Shown here piece by piece: positions 8,024 through 17,681 of a stretch of 64,000 nucleotides of DNA (its first letter is position 1; the number at the start of each line of letters is the position of its first letter). The position numbers and the translations under genes are program-made. The DNA comes from Candidatus Krumholzibacteriota bacterium (GTDB lineage: Bacteria > Krumholzibacteriota > Krumholzibacteriia > JAJRXK01): the NCBI GenBank assembly GCA_963806035.1, contig CAWDWO010000026.1, forward strand, positions 141,969 to 205,968, written 5' to 3'. Under the pieces are notes generated by a model. The model worked only from the letters and a program-made list of their open reading frames with translations. It made no database searches and had not been told where the DNA came from.

Positions 8024-9750
8024 TGTGAATCCCCTGGGGCGGAAGAGGGTGCGGCGCTTTCCGTCAATGGACTGAGCGGCTGAATGTGATCGTGCACCAT
8101 GGCCTGTCGATAGTAGAGGACGAAGAGCAGCATCGCCGTCACCAGGGTGACGATGAATGCGGTTCTCCACACGAACACCGTGCGCCTCTTTTTGAGGCTC
8201 CACTCATAGGTATCCGCGAAGCGCGGTAAAGTTCCCACCACGCGCAGTCCCAGGATGTGCTCGACCTCGTCCACGTCCTTGAAACTGGAATCCACGTATT
8301 CCGCCAGGAAGATGGCGCCCATTCCGATGCCCAGGGCGAGCACGATGCCCATCAACGCGATCTTCTTCTTGTCCGGCTTGAAGGGCGTAATCGCCTTGAA
8401 GGCCGGCTCCAGGACACGAACGCTGATGCCGAAGCCACTCTCGTTCGCGGCCAGTCGCAGCTCGTTGGAGTTCTCGGCGTCGATCAGGTGGTTGTAGATC
8501 GACTCCTCCTGGGAGACCTTTTGCTCCAGACGGCGTAGCTCGGCCTCCAGCCCCGGCTTCTTTTTGATGCGTTGCTGGAAGGCGTCGTATTCGCCCTGGA
8601 TCCTGTCCTGATGCTTGCGCAGCACCTCGTCGACGACCATGAGCTCTGCCTTCCGCGCGAGCATTTCCAGCGCGTGCTTGGGCAAATTGGGGTAAGCGTC
8701 GCTCATGATCTCGAGCATGCGCGCGTTCAGGCGATTTCTCTGCACACCGATTCGCTGCTGTTCGGGGGTGATTCCCGAAGCGGAGCTGACCGTAGTGCCG
8801 AGCTGTGAGACGTAGTCCTGTTGTTCCAGCGCTTCGAGCCGATCGCGGATTCCCTGCACCTGCGGGTCGTCACTGAAGCGGAGATTTCGCGGAGGCGAGT
8901 CGAGCATGGAGAACAGCTCGTTGTCGATGCGCGTGATCTCGCGCTCGTTTTCCGTGAGATCGAGTTTGACGTTTTGCAGGATCCCCTCGGCCTGACGGCT
9001 GTTCTTTTCGTTCACCGGATTGTTGGTGAGGGTCTCCTGGATGACGCGGGTTCGTTTGAACTTCTCGAGTTCCGATTCCGCATCCTTGAGATTCTGCCGC
9101 GCGCTCTCCAACTGTTGATCGGTGAAGCTGGTGGTCTCGATCAGACCCTCCACCCTGCGCCGGTTCATCTCCTCCACGAAGGCCTCGGTCACCGCCTCGG
9201 TGAGCTTGTACGCAGTGTAGGGATCGTTGTCCTCCATGCTGATCAGAAAGAGGTTGCCCTCCTGATAGCTGACGTAAAGCTTGTGGCGTAGACGATCGAC
9301 CAGGAGTCGCTCGGCGATCAAACTGAGAGTCTGATCCGGCAGCTTCGTCTCCTGGAGGATCCGCGCCTGCTCCTGGATCTCCTTGTCGTTACGCAGCTGG
9401 AGATTCCGGATGACGCGGGTGAGCAGCTGTTGCGACATGAGCGTCTCGCGCACCATGACCAGGTTCTCGAGATCGCGCACGCGGCGGGCCTCGCGCGTCA
9501 TGAGCTTGTCCACGTCGGTTCCGGTGCTTCGGTCTTCCAAGAGGATACGCACGCTCGACTGATACACGGGCGGCATCGTCGCGACTCCCGCCCCCAGAAC
9601 ACTCCCGATCACCAGCACCGGAAGAATGAGGTAGAAACGGCGCCGGCGAATGATCTGCCACAGGCGATGGGGATCGAACCCTCCTTCGCCGCTCTTGGAC
9701 GCTTGGGAAGGGCCCGACCTATGCTGCGATTTCCTGGGGCTAGGGGCCAT
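8020..9750 (-). CDS. Polysaccharide chain-length determinant (Wzz/GumC, N-terminal Wzc-like)
   Basis: TM-coiled coil-TM, PPVYQS, VLEPA..P.KP, EYVDSSFK..LGLRVVGTLP; extra C-terminal TM. Confidence 0.9.
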   Translation of the reverse strand: MAPSPRKSQHRSGPSQASKSGEGGFDPHRLWQIIRRRRFYLILPVLVIGSVLGAGVATMPPVYQSSVRILLEDRSTGTDVDKLMTREARRVRDLENLVMVRETLMSQQLLTRVIRNLQLRNDKEIQEQARILQETKLPDQTLSLIAERLLVDRLRHKLYVSYQEGNLFLISMEDNDPYTAYKLTEAVTEAFVEEMNRRRVEGLIETTSFTDQQLESARQNLKDAESELEKFKRTRVIQETLTNNPVNEKNSRQAEGILQNVKLDLTENEREITRIDNELFSMLDSPPRNLRFSDDPQVQGIRDRLEALEQQDYVSQLGTTVSSASGITPEQQRIGVQRNRLNARMLEIMSDAYPNLPKHALEMLARKAELMVVDEVLRKHQDRIQGEYDAFQQRIKKKPGLEAELRRLEQKVSQEESIYNHLIDAENSNELRLAANESGFGISVRVLEPAFKAITPFKPDKKKIALMGIVLALGIGMGAIFLAEYVDSSFKDVDEVEHILGLRVVGTLPRFADTYEWSLKKRRTVFVWRTAFIVTLVTAMLLFVLYYRQAMVHDHIQPLSPLTESAAPSSAPGDSQ

Positions 9751-9778
9751 GCTGATTCTCCACGACGCGCGTACGCGT

Positions 9779-10756
9779 TTACTTGCGCGAAACGCTGATC
9801 AAGAGGGCGACCACCCCGGTGACCGAGGCCACGATGCCGGGAAGAATCCGCCACACGCCTCCCGAGCTGGGCTTCTTCTCGACGAAAACCGTGTCGCCCG
9901 AATAGACCAGGGGGTTGCCGCTGATCTGTCCGTTCTCCAAGAAGAGGGTCGTATCCACCGTCCGGCCCTGTAGGCTACCGCGCCCCGAATCGTGCACCAA
10001 TCGCACCTTGTGGGGGTCACCCTCGCCGTTGAAACCGCCCGCCAGGAGGATCACCGTGAGCACCGGGGTGGGACCCTCCACGCTGTAGAACCCCGCCTTG
10101 ACGACCTGCCCGAACACCTGCACGCCGGTCTCCCGATCCGCCGCGTTGAGCATCGCGTCGTCGGGAACGATGACGGTGTCCCCCGGCGAAAGATCGGGAA
10201 GATCTCCGGTCCCCTCTCCGTGGATCACCTCGGCAACGTTCACCAGAGTCGTCACCGTCGATTTCTCGTCATTGTGAAGCACGCGCACGCGCCGCAAATT
10301 CGCGGTGGCGGTCGGCCCTCCCGCGGTGCGGATCGCGTCCCATGCAGTGGGAGTTTCCTTGAAGGAATGTACGCCGGGCTTCGCGACAGCCCCCATGACG
10401 TAGATCTGCAAACTCTGATACTTGCTGACCGTGACGGAAACCTCGGTGATGTCTCGGTTGAAGGAACGCAGTCGCTTCGCGAGAAGGTCCTCCAGTTCGG
10501 GAACGGTCAGTCCGGCTGCCTTGACCTCACCGACGAGCGGCACCACTACCGTACCATCGTCACGGACGGTGAGTTCCCGATCGAGAGTGGGCTGCTGCCA
10601 CACCGAGAGCTGGAGCACGTCTCCCACACCGAGATGGTAGGGCCGGCCCGCGACCGCGTTGGGATACTGCGCCAGAGCACCAGGCACGGCCACCGCGCCC
10701 AGAAGAGCGAGCAGAAGGAGGAGGCTCAGGGATCGACAGGACTTGGGCAATCTCAT
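9779..10756 (-). CDS. wza: Polysaccharide export protein (Wza/Poly_export + SLBB)
   Basis: YHLGVGDVL..VRDDGTVVVPLVGEVKAAGLT; two SLBB repeats. Confidence 0.9.
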   Translation of the reverse strand: MRLPKSCRSLSLLLLLALLGAVAVPGALAQYPNAVAGRPYHLGVGDVLQLSVWQQPTLDRELTVRDDGTVVVPLVGEVKAAGLTVPELEDLLAKRLRSFNRDITEVSVTVSKYQSLQIYVMGAVAKPGVHSFKETPTAWDAIRTAGGPTATANLRRVRVLHNDEKSTVTTLVNVAEVIHGEGTGDLPDLSPGDTVIVPDDAMLNAADRETGVQVFGQVVKAGFYSVEGPTPVLTVILLAGGFNGEGDPHKVRLVHDSGRGSLQGRTVDTTLFLENGQISGNPLVYSGDTVFVEKKPSSGGVWRILPGIVASVTGVVALLISVSRK

Positions 10757-10802
10757 GTTCCAGGGTACCCGCGCTGAATGGAATGACGAAACCGGGCAAC
10801 TC

Positions 10803-10817
10803 GCAAAGAGACGCCCA
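10803..10817 (-). promoter_or_regulatory. Possible sigma54 -24/-12 element
   Basis: TGGGCGTCTCTTTGC (GG-N10-GC) about 45 nt upstream of wza ATG. Confidence 0.3.
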
Positions 10818-10903
10818 CGAATGCGGGACCCTCTCAGCCAGAGGATCCCGCTCCAATCCATATACGCTTATGGAGTCGATGACAATGCCCGAGTGAGGCT
10901 CTC

Positions 10904-11464
10904 CTAGCTCTGGGCCTGTGCCCCTCGGCGACGGGCATGAATCATGGCTCCCACGATGACCAGACCACATGCAAGAAGCATGACGGTGGCAGGCTCGGGG
11001 GCCGGGGTCGCCGCGGTGCGGGGCTGACGCCCCTCCATGGGTACGCTGACGATGGGATCTCCACCGCGGTTGCGGTCCAGGGCTACCCAGCCCGTGGGCT
11101 CACCCAGGTTGACATCGCCGTCGCCAATGCGGGTGACGCCGAGGGTCGTGGTGAGAGGAATCGCACCGCTGGAAATGGTGCCCGTACCGGCATCGGGGTC
11201 CTCGCTGGGGAAGACCAGGGGGAGGCGGCCATTCGGTTCCACCAGATAGAGATCGGAACTGTTCGATCCCTCCGGGGTCTGCAGTTTGAGCGTGAGTTCG
11301 GGAGTCTCGGCGGGATCGGCCGTCTCAGGCACGGCGCTCCAGATCGTGGACGAACCCAGGGCCGCTGCTGAGGGGTCCACTGCCATGTTGGCCTGCGCGG
11401 ACGGCGCGGCCAGGCAGAGGAGCAGCGCGAGGGCTGCGGAAAGGATCAGAAGTGGGCGCGTCAT
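10904..11464 (-). CDS. PEP-CTERM sorting-signal protein
   Basis: Signal peptide; S/T/P/G-rich body; C-terminal APEPATVMLLACGLVIVGAMIHARRR. Confidence 0.9.
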   Translation of the reverse strand: MTRPLLILSAALALLLCLAAPSAQANMAVDPSAAALGSSTIWSAVPETADPAETPELTLKLQTPEGSNSSDLYLVEPNGRLPLVFPSEDPDAGTGTISSGAIPLTTTLGVTRIGDGDVNLGEPTGWVALDRNRGGDPIVSVPMEGRQPRTAATPAPEPATVMLLACGLVIVGAMIHARRRGAQAQS

Positions 11465-11546
11465 GATTAGGACCTCGATCGCAGGGCAGGGTAACGGGAA
11501 TTCGGGCGCGACCACGGCCTCCGCGGCCACCCGAAAGCTCCCCAAT

Positions 11547-11576
11547 AGTTTAGAAGCGTTTGCCATGGATTGTCAA
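11547..11576 (-). promoter_or_regulatory. Putative sigma70 promoter TTGACA-18-TAAACT for PEP-CTERM gene
   Basis: Perfect -35 hexamer, good -10. Confidence 0.55.
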
Positions 11577-11601
11577 CTCTGGCAAAGGGACGCTAAACTC
11601 C

Positions 11602-12549
11602 CTAGCTGCCTTGGGTTTCCTGTGATGCCCGATACCACTCCACAGTCCGCCGTAGTCCCTCGTCGAAGGGGATCTGAGCCTCGTATCCCAGCAGCTCTCG
11701 GGCCCGTGAAATATCGGCCTGGCTGTGCCGCACGTCCCCCGTCCGGACCGGTCCGTGGACGGGATCGAGCGAGCTTCCCACCAGCCTGGCCAGGCGCGCA
11801 TAGAGTTCGTTGAGCGTGACCCGGTCCCCCAAGGCCACGTTCACCACCTCCCCGGAGAGCTTGGGCGCCCGCAGGGCGAGGAGATTCGCGTGAACCACGT
11901 TCTCCACGTAGGTGAAATCCCGTGACTGCTCGCCGTCGCCGTGGATGGTCGGAGGCTCCCCCTTCAAGAGAGCGTCCAAGAAGAGCGGAATCACGGCCGC
12001 GTAGGGGCTGTCCGGGTCCTGGCGCGGACCGAAGACGTTGAAGTAACGGATGGCCAGGGTCTCCATGCCGTAGACCTGGGCAAAGACCGACACGTATTGC
12101 TCCCCCGCCAGTTTGGCCACCGCGTAGGGAGACTTGGGCCTCTCCCGCATGGTCTCCACCTTGGGCAAAACCTCACTGTCGCCGTAGGCCGAGGAGGAAG
12201 CGGCATAGATCACTCGCTTCACGCCTTCGTCCCGGCTCGCAACGAGCACGTTCAATGTGCCCGCTACGTTGACCGCATTGCTGGCCAGTGGGTCCTTCAC
12301 GCTGCGCGGAACCGAGGCCAGCGCGGCCTCGTGAAAGACGTAGTCGCAGCCCTTCACCGCCTCGCGCACTTTCTCGAGTTCGGTCACGCTGGCCCGGAAA
12401 ACTTCGTCGACGCCAGCCGCCTCGACATTGCGCTCAAATCCGGTCGAGAAGTCGTCGAGGATTCTCACCTCGTCCCCCGCCTCCACCAATGCGGCCGCGA
12501 TGTGCGAGCCGATGAATCCCGCGCCTCCTGTGATCAGGACTTTCGCCAT
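11602..12549 (-). CDS. NAD-dependent UDP-hexose(NAc) 4-epimerase (WbpP-like SDR)
   Basis: TGGAGFIGSH, AASSSAYG, YAVAK, RYFNVFGPRQDP. Confidence 0.92.
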   Translation of the reverse strand: MAKVLITGGAGFIGSHIAAALVEAGDEVRILDDFSTGFERNVEAAGVDEVFRASVTELEKVREAVKGCDYVFHEAALASVPRSVKDPLASNAVNVAGTLNVLVASRDEGVKRVIYAASSSAYGDSEVLPKVETMRERPKSPYAVAKLAGEQYVSVFAQVYGMETLAIRYFNVFGPRQDPDSPYAAVIPLFLDALLKGEPPTIHGDGEQSRDFTYVENVVHANLLALRAPKLSGEVVNVALGDRVTLNELYARLARLVGSSLDPVHGPVRTGDVRHSQADISRARELLGYEAQIPFDEGLRRTVEWYRASQETQGS

Positions 12550-12566
12550 GAGCTTCTCCTGCCCCT

Positions 12567-13862
12567 CTAGAGTCGATAGAGATGATCGAATGCTTCTCCG
12601 CGCAGAGCGTTGCGCGTGTCGACCACGCTTTGGCAATGCTTGGCGAAGAGGGAGTGGTCGACGTCCGCATGCGCGGTGGTGATGACGGCGCAATCGAATT
12701 CCGCAAGTTGCTCCGCGCCGATTTCCACCAGGCGCTGCGCGTCCAAGGGAAGCGGCAGCTTCTCCACATGCGGATCGTACCACCAGGTCTGAGCTCCCAT
12801 CTCACTGACCTGTTGCAGTACGTCCAGCGCCGGCGATTCGCGCGTGTCGTCGATTCCCGCCTTGTAGGCGATGCCGACGATGAGAATCTTGCTGCCGCGG
12901 ACCGCCTTTCCTCTGTCGTTGAGCGCGCTGGCCACCAGCTGCAAGACGAAGCCGGGCATGCTGCTGTTGATCACGCCCGCCAGCTCGATGAAGCGCGCCT
13001 CGAATCCGTGCGCGCGCGCCTTCCAGCTGAGGTAGAAGGGATCGATCGGAATGCAGTGTCCACCCAGACCGGGGCCGGGATAGAAGGGCATGAAGCCGAA
13101 GGGTTTGGTGGCCGCGGCATCGATGACTTCCCACACGTTGATGTCCATCTTGCTGCACATCTGCGCCATCTCGTTCACCAGACCGATGTTCACACTACGG
13201 AAGGTGTTCTCCAGCAACTTGACGGTTTCCGCGACACGAGCGCTGGACACCGGCACCACCTGACTGAGGGAAGCGCGGTACAGCGCGGCCGCGGTCTCGG
13301 TGCAGGCGGGCGTGATCCCGCCCACGATCTTCGGGATGTTCTTGGTGCTGAAGCGTGGGTTGCCGGGGTCGACTCTCTCCGGCGAGAAGGCCAAATAGAA
13401 ATCCTCTCCCACTTTCAAGCCGGTGCTCTCGAGCCGGGGCAGGATCACCTCTTCGGTGGTTCCCGGATAGGTGGTGCTCTCCAGGATGATCAGCATGCCG
13501 GGATGCAGATTCTCGACGATCTTTTCCACCGCCGAGTCGATGTAGCTGATGTCCGGATCGCGGGTCTTGGAGAGCGGAGTCGGAACGCAGATGTTCACGC
13601 TGTCACAGGACTCTAGGACGCTGAAGTCGGTAGTGGCGCTCAAACGCCCCTTCGCGACCAGCTGGGCCACCGTGTCGGACTTGACGTCCCCGACGTAGCT
13701 CTCGCCGCGCGCGAGCCTCTCCACTTTCCTCGAATCCAAATCGATGCCGGTGACCGTGAAGCCGCTCTTCGCGTACTCGACGGCCAGGGGCAATCCCACG
13801 TAACCCAGCCCGATGACGGCCAGCCGAGCTGAGCCATCTTTGAGTTTTTCTTGAAATGTCAT
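12567..13862 (-). CDS. UDP-N-acetylhexosamine 6-dehydrogenase (WbpA/WecC family)
   Basis: GLGYVGLP, CVPTP, ESTTYPGTT, SPERVDPGN, GLGGHCIPIDP. Confidence 0.93.
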   Translation of the reverse strand: MTFQEKLKDGSARLAVIGLGYVGLPLAVEYAKSGFTVTGIDLDSRKVERLARGESYVGDVKSDTVAQLVAKGRLSATTDFSVLESCDSVNICVPTPLSKTRDPDISYIDSAVEKIVENLHPGMLIILESTTYPGTTEEVILPRLESTGLKVGEDFYLAFSPERVDPGNPRFSTKNIPKIVGGITPACTETAAALYRASLSQVVPVSSARVAETVKLLENTFRSVNIGLVNEMAQMCSKMDINVWEVIDAAATKPFGFMPFYPGPGLGGHCIPIDPFYLSWKARAHGFEARFIELAGVINSSMPGFVLQLVASALNDRGKAVRGSKILIVGIAYKAGIDDTRESPALDVLQQVSEMGAQTWWYDPHVEKLPLPLDAQRLVEIGAEQLAEFDCAVITTAHADVDHSLFAKHCQSVVDTRNALRGEAFDHLYRL

Positions 13863-13864
13863 GA

Positions 13865-14917
13865 TCAATCCTCAGGCGCGGCAGCGTTTGGGACCGGGGG
13901 TGAAAGAGGATATCCGATACGGTCCCGGCCCTCCGACTTGGCGAGGTAGAGGCGGTCATCGGCCCGGCTCAAAAGCTCGCGCGCGGAATCTCCGTCTTCG
14001 GGATACACAGCGATCCCCGCGCTGACGGTGAGCCGGCGCTGAGGATCGTCATGGAAGCGGTGGCCGGCGACCCTGCGGAGCATTCTTTCGGCGAACACGA
14101 TCGATCCCTCCGCGTTGGTGTTCGGCAGAATCAAGCTGAACTCATCGCCACCGTACTTGGCGATGATGTCGATTTCGCGGGCGTCGGTTCTCAAGAGGGA
14201 TCCCATCTCGCGCAAGGCAGAACTCCCGGCCAGGTGGCCATTCACGTCATTGTATTCTTTGAGGTTGTCGACATCAACCATCACCACCGCGAAGGGCTCC
14301 TGGAAGCGGCTGGCCCGCTTCACCTCGCGATGCAGTGCGTCCATGAAGTAGCGGTAGTTGTACAAACCGGTCAGCCCGTCGGTGCTGGCCTCCGTCTCCA
14401 GGCGGTGATAGAGGCGGGCCAACTCCAGGACCACCGAGGCCTGGTTGGCCAGAAAGCCGAGCAGCTTGGCGTCCTCCGGAGAGAAGGAGGACTCCTGCGG
14501 AAAGACGATGAGAATCCCCCGCGTCTTGCCCCCCGCGAAGAGAGGCGAGGACATCGGCGGACCGAAGGCAATACTGTCCTTGAAGCTGCCGATTTCTTCC
14601 ATGAGGAGCTCCGGCGGCTGAAGGAGCGCTTCGGCCTGCTCCTGCTGGATCCACTTCACCAGATTGGTGCTGCGCGACAGCAGCTGGGCGCTGAGGACCT
14701 CCCGGCCCTTCTCGTCTCGCGAGAGGACCAGACGGCGAATCCGCTCATTTTCCACCAGGAGCAGATGCACGAAACGGGCATCCAGCAACGAGAGCGCGCT
14801 GCGCAGGATCCTCTCCAGAATCTGCTCTTCCCGATGGGGTCCCGCGCTGATCAAGCCCGAGAGCTCGTAGATCGCCTCAAAGAGGCGTTCCCAGCGGGTA
14901 CTTTCGTAAGTTTCCAT
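13865..14917 (-). CDS. GAF-GGDEF diguanylate cyclase
   Basis: GAF-like N-terminus; DGLTGLYN, NDVNGH, RxxD I-site (REID) five residues before GGDEF. Confidence 0.92.
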   Translation of the reverse strand: METYESTRWERLFEAIYELSGLISAGPHREEQILERILRSALSLLDARFVHLLLVENERIRRLVLSRDEKGREVLSAQLLSRSTNLVKWIQQEQAEALLQPPELLMEEIGSFKDSIAFGPPMSSPLFAGGKTRGILIVFPQESSFSPEDAKLLGFLANQASVVLELARLYHRLETEASTDGLTGLYNYRYFMDALHREVKRASRFQEPFAVVMVDVDNLKEYNDVNGHLAGSSALREMGSLLRTDAREIDIIAKYGGDEFSLILPNTNAEGSIVFAERMLRRVAGHRFHDDPQRRLTVSAGIAVYPEDGDSARELLSRADDRLYLAKSEGRDRIGYPLSPPVPNAAAPED

Positions 14918-14957
14918 GGATTTCCCGATCCAGTGTGCGGTACCTCAGCCGGCAATA

Positions 14958-14973
14958 TGCAACTAGTGTGCCT
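14958..14973 (-). promoter_or_regulatory. sigma54-type -24/-12 promoter
   Basis: AGGCACACTAGTTGCA, near consensus TGGCAC-N5-TTGCW, about 40 nt upstream of GGDEF ATG. Confidence 0.6.
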
Positions 14974-15009
14974 CTGCCTTCCAAGTTCTTCCTCAGCAAG
15001 GTTTTACCC

Positions 15010-15285
15010 TCAATCTTCGCCCTCGGGACCGATCTCCCGCCGCAGCTTGCTCAGAATTTCGCGCTGCTCGGCGCGCAGCTCACTGATCTCGCGCCAGCCA
15101 CTACGGGCGCGCAGGAGGCAAAAAATCAGCGCGAGAGCAGCCAAACCCGGCAGCCCGTAGCGCCAGAAAATCGAGCGATCCGCCAGGTGGGCAGCGGCGA
15201 CTCTCCACAGAGAGCGCCCCAGGGGAATCATCATGAAGGCGAGGGCGAGCCAGAGAATCAGGGAGGTGAATTCACGGGCCAGCAT
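15010..15285 (-). CDS. Small two-TM membrane protein (start may be further upstream)
   Basis: Two hydrophobic helices plus charged coiled tail. Confidence 0.55.
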   Translation of the reverse strand: MLAREFTSLILWLALAFMMIPLGRSLWRVAAAHLADRSIFWRYGLPGLAALALIFCLLRARSGWREISELRAEQREILSKLRREIGPEGED

Positions 15286-15379
15286 TTGCCGGTTGCGGCG
15301 GTATTTCTGCAGCAGACGGTTCCCCGAGGCAGCCCGACCGTCGTGAAAACGCGATCGGTACTTCTCCCGCAGACGCTCG

Positions 15380-15598
15380 CTACGGGCTCCGCTTCGACCG
15401 GTCTTCAGGAAGCTCCTCAAAGTCCGCCTCCTCGATCTTCTGTTCGCTCAGTACCTCGGGCGTCGGCGTCTTGCGCCCTCCCACCGGACCGCTCTGTTGC
15501 GAGGAGACCCGCGAGGCGCTTCCCTTGGTGAACCACTGGACGAGCCGGCGTACGGCCCAGAACGCCAAGAGCAACAGAAGAACGCGCGTAAGGAACAT
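15380..15598 (-). CDS. Small single-TM protein
   Basis: N-terminal TM, acidic C-terminal IEEADFEEL motif. Confidence 0.6.
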   Translation of the reverse strand: MFLTRVLLLLLAFWAVRRLVQWFTKGSASRVSSQQSGPVGGRKTPTPEVLSEQKIEEADFEELPEDRSKRSP

Positions 15599-15668
15599 AA
15601 CCGCGGCTGAATCTGAGCGAAAGACGCCACCGGAACAGCTCGAGGCCCCGTGGACTTTCGGCGGAAAG

Positions 15669-15745
15669 TGGTGTGCCCGGCAGGATTCGAACCTGTGACC
15701 TTCGGTTCCGGAGACCGACGCTCTATCCAACTGAGCTACGGGCAC
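15669..15745 (-). tRNA. tRNA-Arg(CCG)
   Basis: Cloverleaf GTGCCCG..; anticodon loop CT-CCG-GA; TTCGAA; encoded CCA. Confidence 0.97.
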
Positions 15746-15790
15746 GGCCATCGCAAAGGTCGCGCCGGAAGTCCCGGCGCGACGCAGACC

Positions 15791-15819
15791 AATATGCCAA
15801 ATCAGCCCTGATGCTGCAA
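15791..15819 (-). promoter_or_regulatory. Putative sigma70 promoter for tRNA-Arg
   Basis: TTGCAG-17-CATATT with extended TG. Confidence 0.4.
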
Positions 15820-15831
15820 CGACGGAGGGCG

Positions 15832-17052
15832 CTAGGTGGAGGAGTCCTCGCGCGCGCGCACCGCCTCGACGTCCTTGTCGCCCCGCCCGGAGAGATTGAC
15901 CAGCACCAGATCGTCCTCGTTCAGCTCGGGCATGAGTTCCTCCAGCCAGGCCAGGGCATGCGAGGATTCCAGGGCGGGCACGATCCCCTCCAACTCGCTG
16001 AGTCGATGGAACGCCGCCAGGGCCGCTTCGTCCGATACCTTGGTGAACCGGATGCGTCCCACGCTCTGATAGTACGCGTGCTCCGGGCCGACGCTGGGGT
16101 AATCCAAACCCGCCGAGACGCTGTGCGTGGGCAGCACGTTGCCGTCATCGTCTTGCAAGAGGTAGCTGCGCGTTCCGTGGAGAACTCCGGGACGTCCGGA
16201 AAAGAAGCGAGCCGCGTGTTCTCCCCTACCCTCACCGCGTCCTCCGGCCTCTACCCCGATCATTCGAACCTGGCGGTCACCGAGAAATGCGTGGAAGAGG
16301 CCGATGGCGTTGCTCCCCCCTCCCACGCAGGCCAAGAGATGCGTGGGCAGGGTTCCCGCCTGCGCGAGCACTTGTTGCCGCGCCTCCACTCCGATCACGC
16401 TCTGGAAATGGCGCACCATGAGGGGAAAGGGATGGGGGCCGAGCACACTGCCCAAGACGTAGTGGGTGCTCTCGACCGAGGCCACCCAATCCCGGATCGC
16501 TTCGTTGATGGCGTCCTTCAGCGTGCGGCTTCCGCTGTCGACCCCGACCACTTCGGCGCCGAGAAGCCGCATGCGATAGACGTTCAGGGCCTGCCGTTCC
16601 ATGTCCACCGTGCCCATGTAGATCACGCACGAGAGACCGAGGGCGGCACAGGCGGTGGCGGTGGCCACGCCGTGCTGCCCCGCCCCGGTTTCCGCGATGA
16701 TGCGCGTCTTCTTCATGCGCTTGGCCAGCAAAGCCTGTCCCAGGGCATTGTTGATCTTGTGCGCGCCGGTGTGCGCGAGATCTTCACGTTTCAACCAAAT
16801 CGCCGCGCTCGCGTAGTGTGCGCTCAAACGGCGGGCAAAGCTCAAGGGTGTCGGACGCCCGGCGTAGTTCTGCAGCAGATCGTTCAGCTCCGCGACGAAG
16901 CTGGCGTCCGCGCGCGCCGCCTTGAACGCTTTCTCCAACTCCATCAGTGGACCCATCAAGGTCTCGGGCATGTAGCGTCCGCCGAAGGGACCGAAGCGTC
17001 CGTCCTCCCCCAGACCTTCCTCGAAGACGAACTCGGATTCGCCAGCACTCAT
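15832..17052 (-). CDS. trpB: Tryptophan synthase beta chain (TrpB1 type)
   Basis: [19 protein letters not shown] (PLP Lys), [24 protein letters not shown]. Confidence 0.97.
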   Translation of the reverse strand: MSAGESEFVFEEGLGEDGRFGPFGGRYMPETLMGPLMELEKAFKAARADASFVAELNDLLQNYAGRPTPLSFARRLSAHYASAAIWLKREDLAHTGAHKINNALGQALLAKRMKKTRIIAETGAGQHGVATATACAALGLSCVIYMGTVDMERQALNVYRMRLLGAEVVGVDSGSRTLKDAINEAIRDWVASVESTHYVLGSVLGPHPFPLMVRHFQSVIGVEARQQVLAQAGTLPTHLLACVGGGSNAIGLFHAFLGDRQVRMIGVEAGGRGEGRGEHAARFFSGRPGVLHGTRSYLLQDDDGNVLPTHSVSAGLDYPSVGPEHAYYQSVGRIRFTKVSDEAALAAFHRLSELEGIVPALESSHALAWLEELMPELNEDDLVLVNLSGRGDKDVEAVRAREDSST

Positions 17053-17681
17053 TGCGTCTCTCCCCCCTCCTTCAAGTCGTGCACTGCTCTGGCGAAGGCC
17101 GCCAGTTTGTCCGGGTCCTTCAGCCCAGGTGCGCTCTCGACCCCGCTGGAGACGTCGACCGCGAAGGGATGCACCTGGCTGATGGCCCGCGCCACGTTGA
17201 CCGCGGTGAGTCCGCCCGACAGAAAGATCCGGCGGCGTTTGGCCAAGGAGACGGCGAGCTGCCAGGGAAAGACCTGCCCGCTGCCGCCGCCCGAAGGCGA
17301 GGCGCTATCGAGGAGGGTGGCCCAGCTCGAGTCGCGCAGGCGCGAAGGGGCCACGCGCGCCTGCGTCACCGCCCGCGCTTCGATCACGCGCACCGGCAAT
17401 CCCAACCACTCCTCGCCGCGTTCACTTCCGTGCAGTTGCACCAGATCCAGATCGAGTTGCTCCACCAGCTCCGCCACTTCTTCGTAGCTTTGGTCGCGGA
17501 ACACTCCCACTAGCTCGGCTCTCTCGCGCAGCTCGTCCAGCCAGGGACGGATGTCCTCCGGCCGTACCCGGCGCGGACTCTCAGCGAAGACGAAGCCCAG
17601 GTAGTCCGCCCCGTGACGCAGCGCGCACTGCGCATCCTCGGCGCGCGTCAAACCGCAGATCTTCAGGCGCACCGACTTCAT
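17049..17681 (-). CDS. trpF: Phosphoribosylanthranilate isomerase
   Basis: [24 protein letters not shown]. Confidence 0.95.
   Translation of the reverse strand: MKSVRLKICGLTRAEDAQCALRHGADYLGFVFAESPRRVRPEDIRPWLDELRERAELVGVFRDQSYEEVAELVEQLDLDLVQLHGSERGEEWLGLPVRVIEARAVTQARVAPSRLRDSSWATLLDSASPSGGGSGQVFPWQLAVSLAKRRRIFLSGGLTAVNVARAISQVHPFAVDVSSGVESAPGLKDPDKLAAFARAVHDLKEGGETQ

Noticed and set aside
11560..11602. GGCAAA..GGGACGC resemblance to a c-di-GMP-I riboswitch
   Set aside because: Wrong strand for the downstream gene, lacks the P2 stem/GNRA loop; better explained as a promoter region
15600..15745. tRNA-Arg as integration site of an EPS genomic island
   Set aside because: No integrase and no duplicated tRNA 3' end seen in the window
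15673..17487. 604-aa plus-strand ORF and similar long antisense ORFs (21652-23187, 34775-36115, 42591-44333, 53097-54617)
   Set aside because: Overlap well-supported minus-strand genes or tRNAs; no recognisable domains
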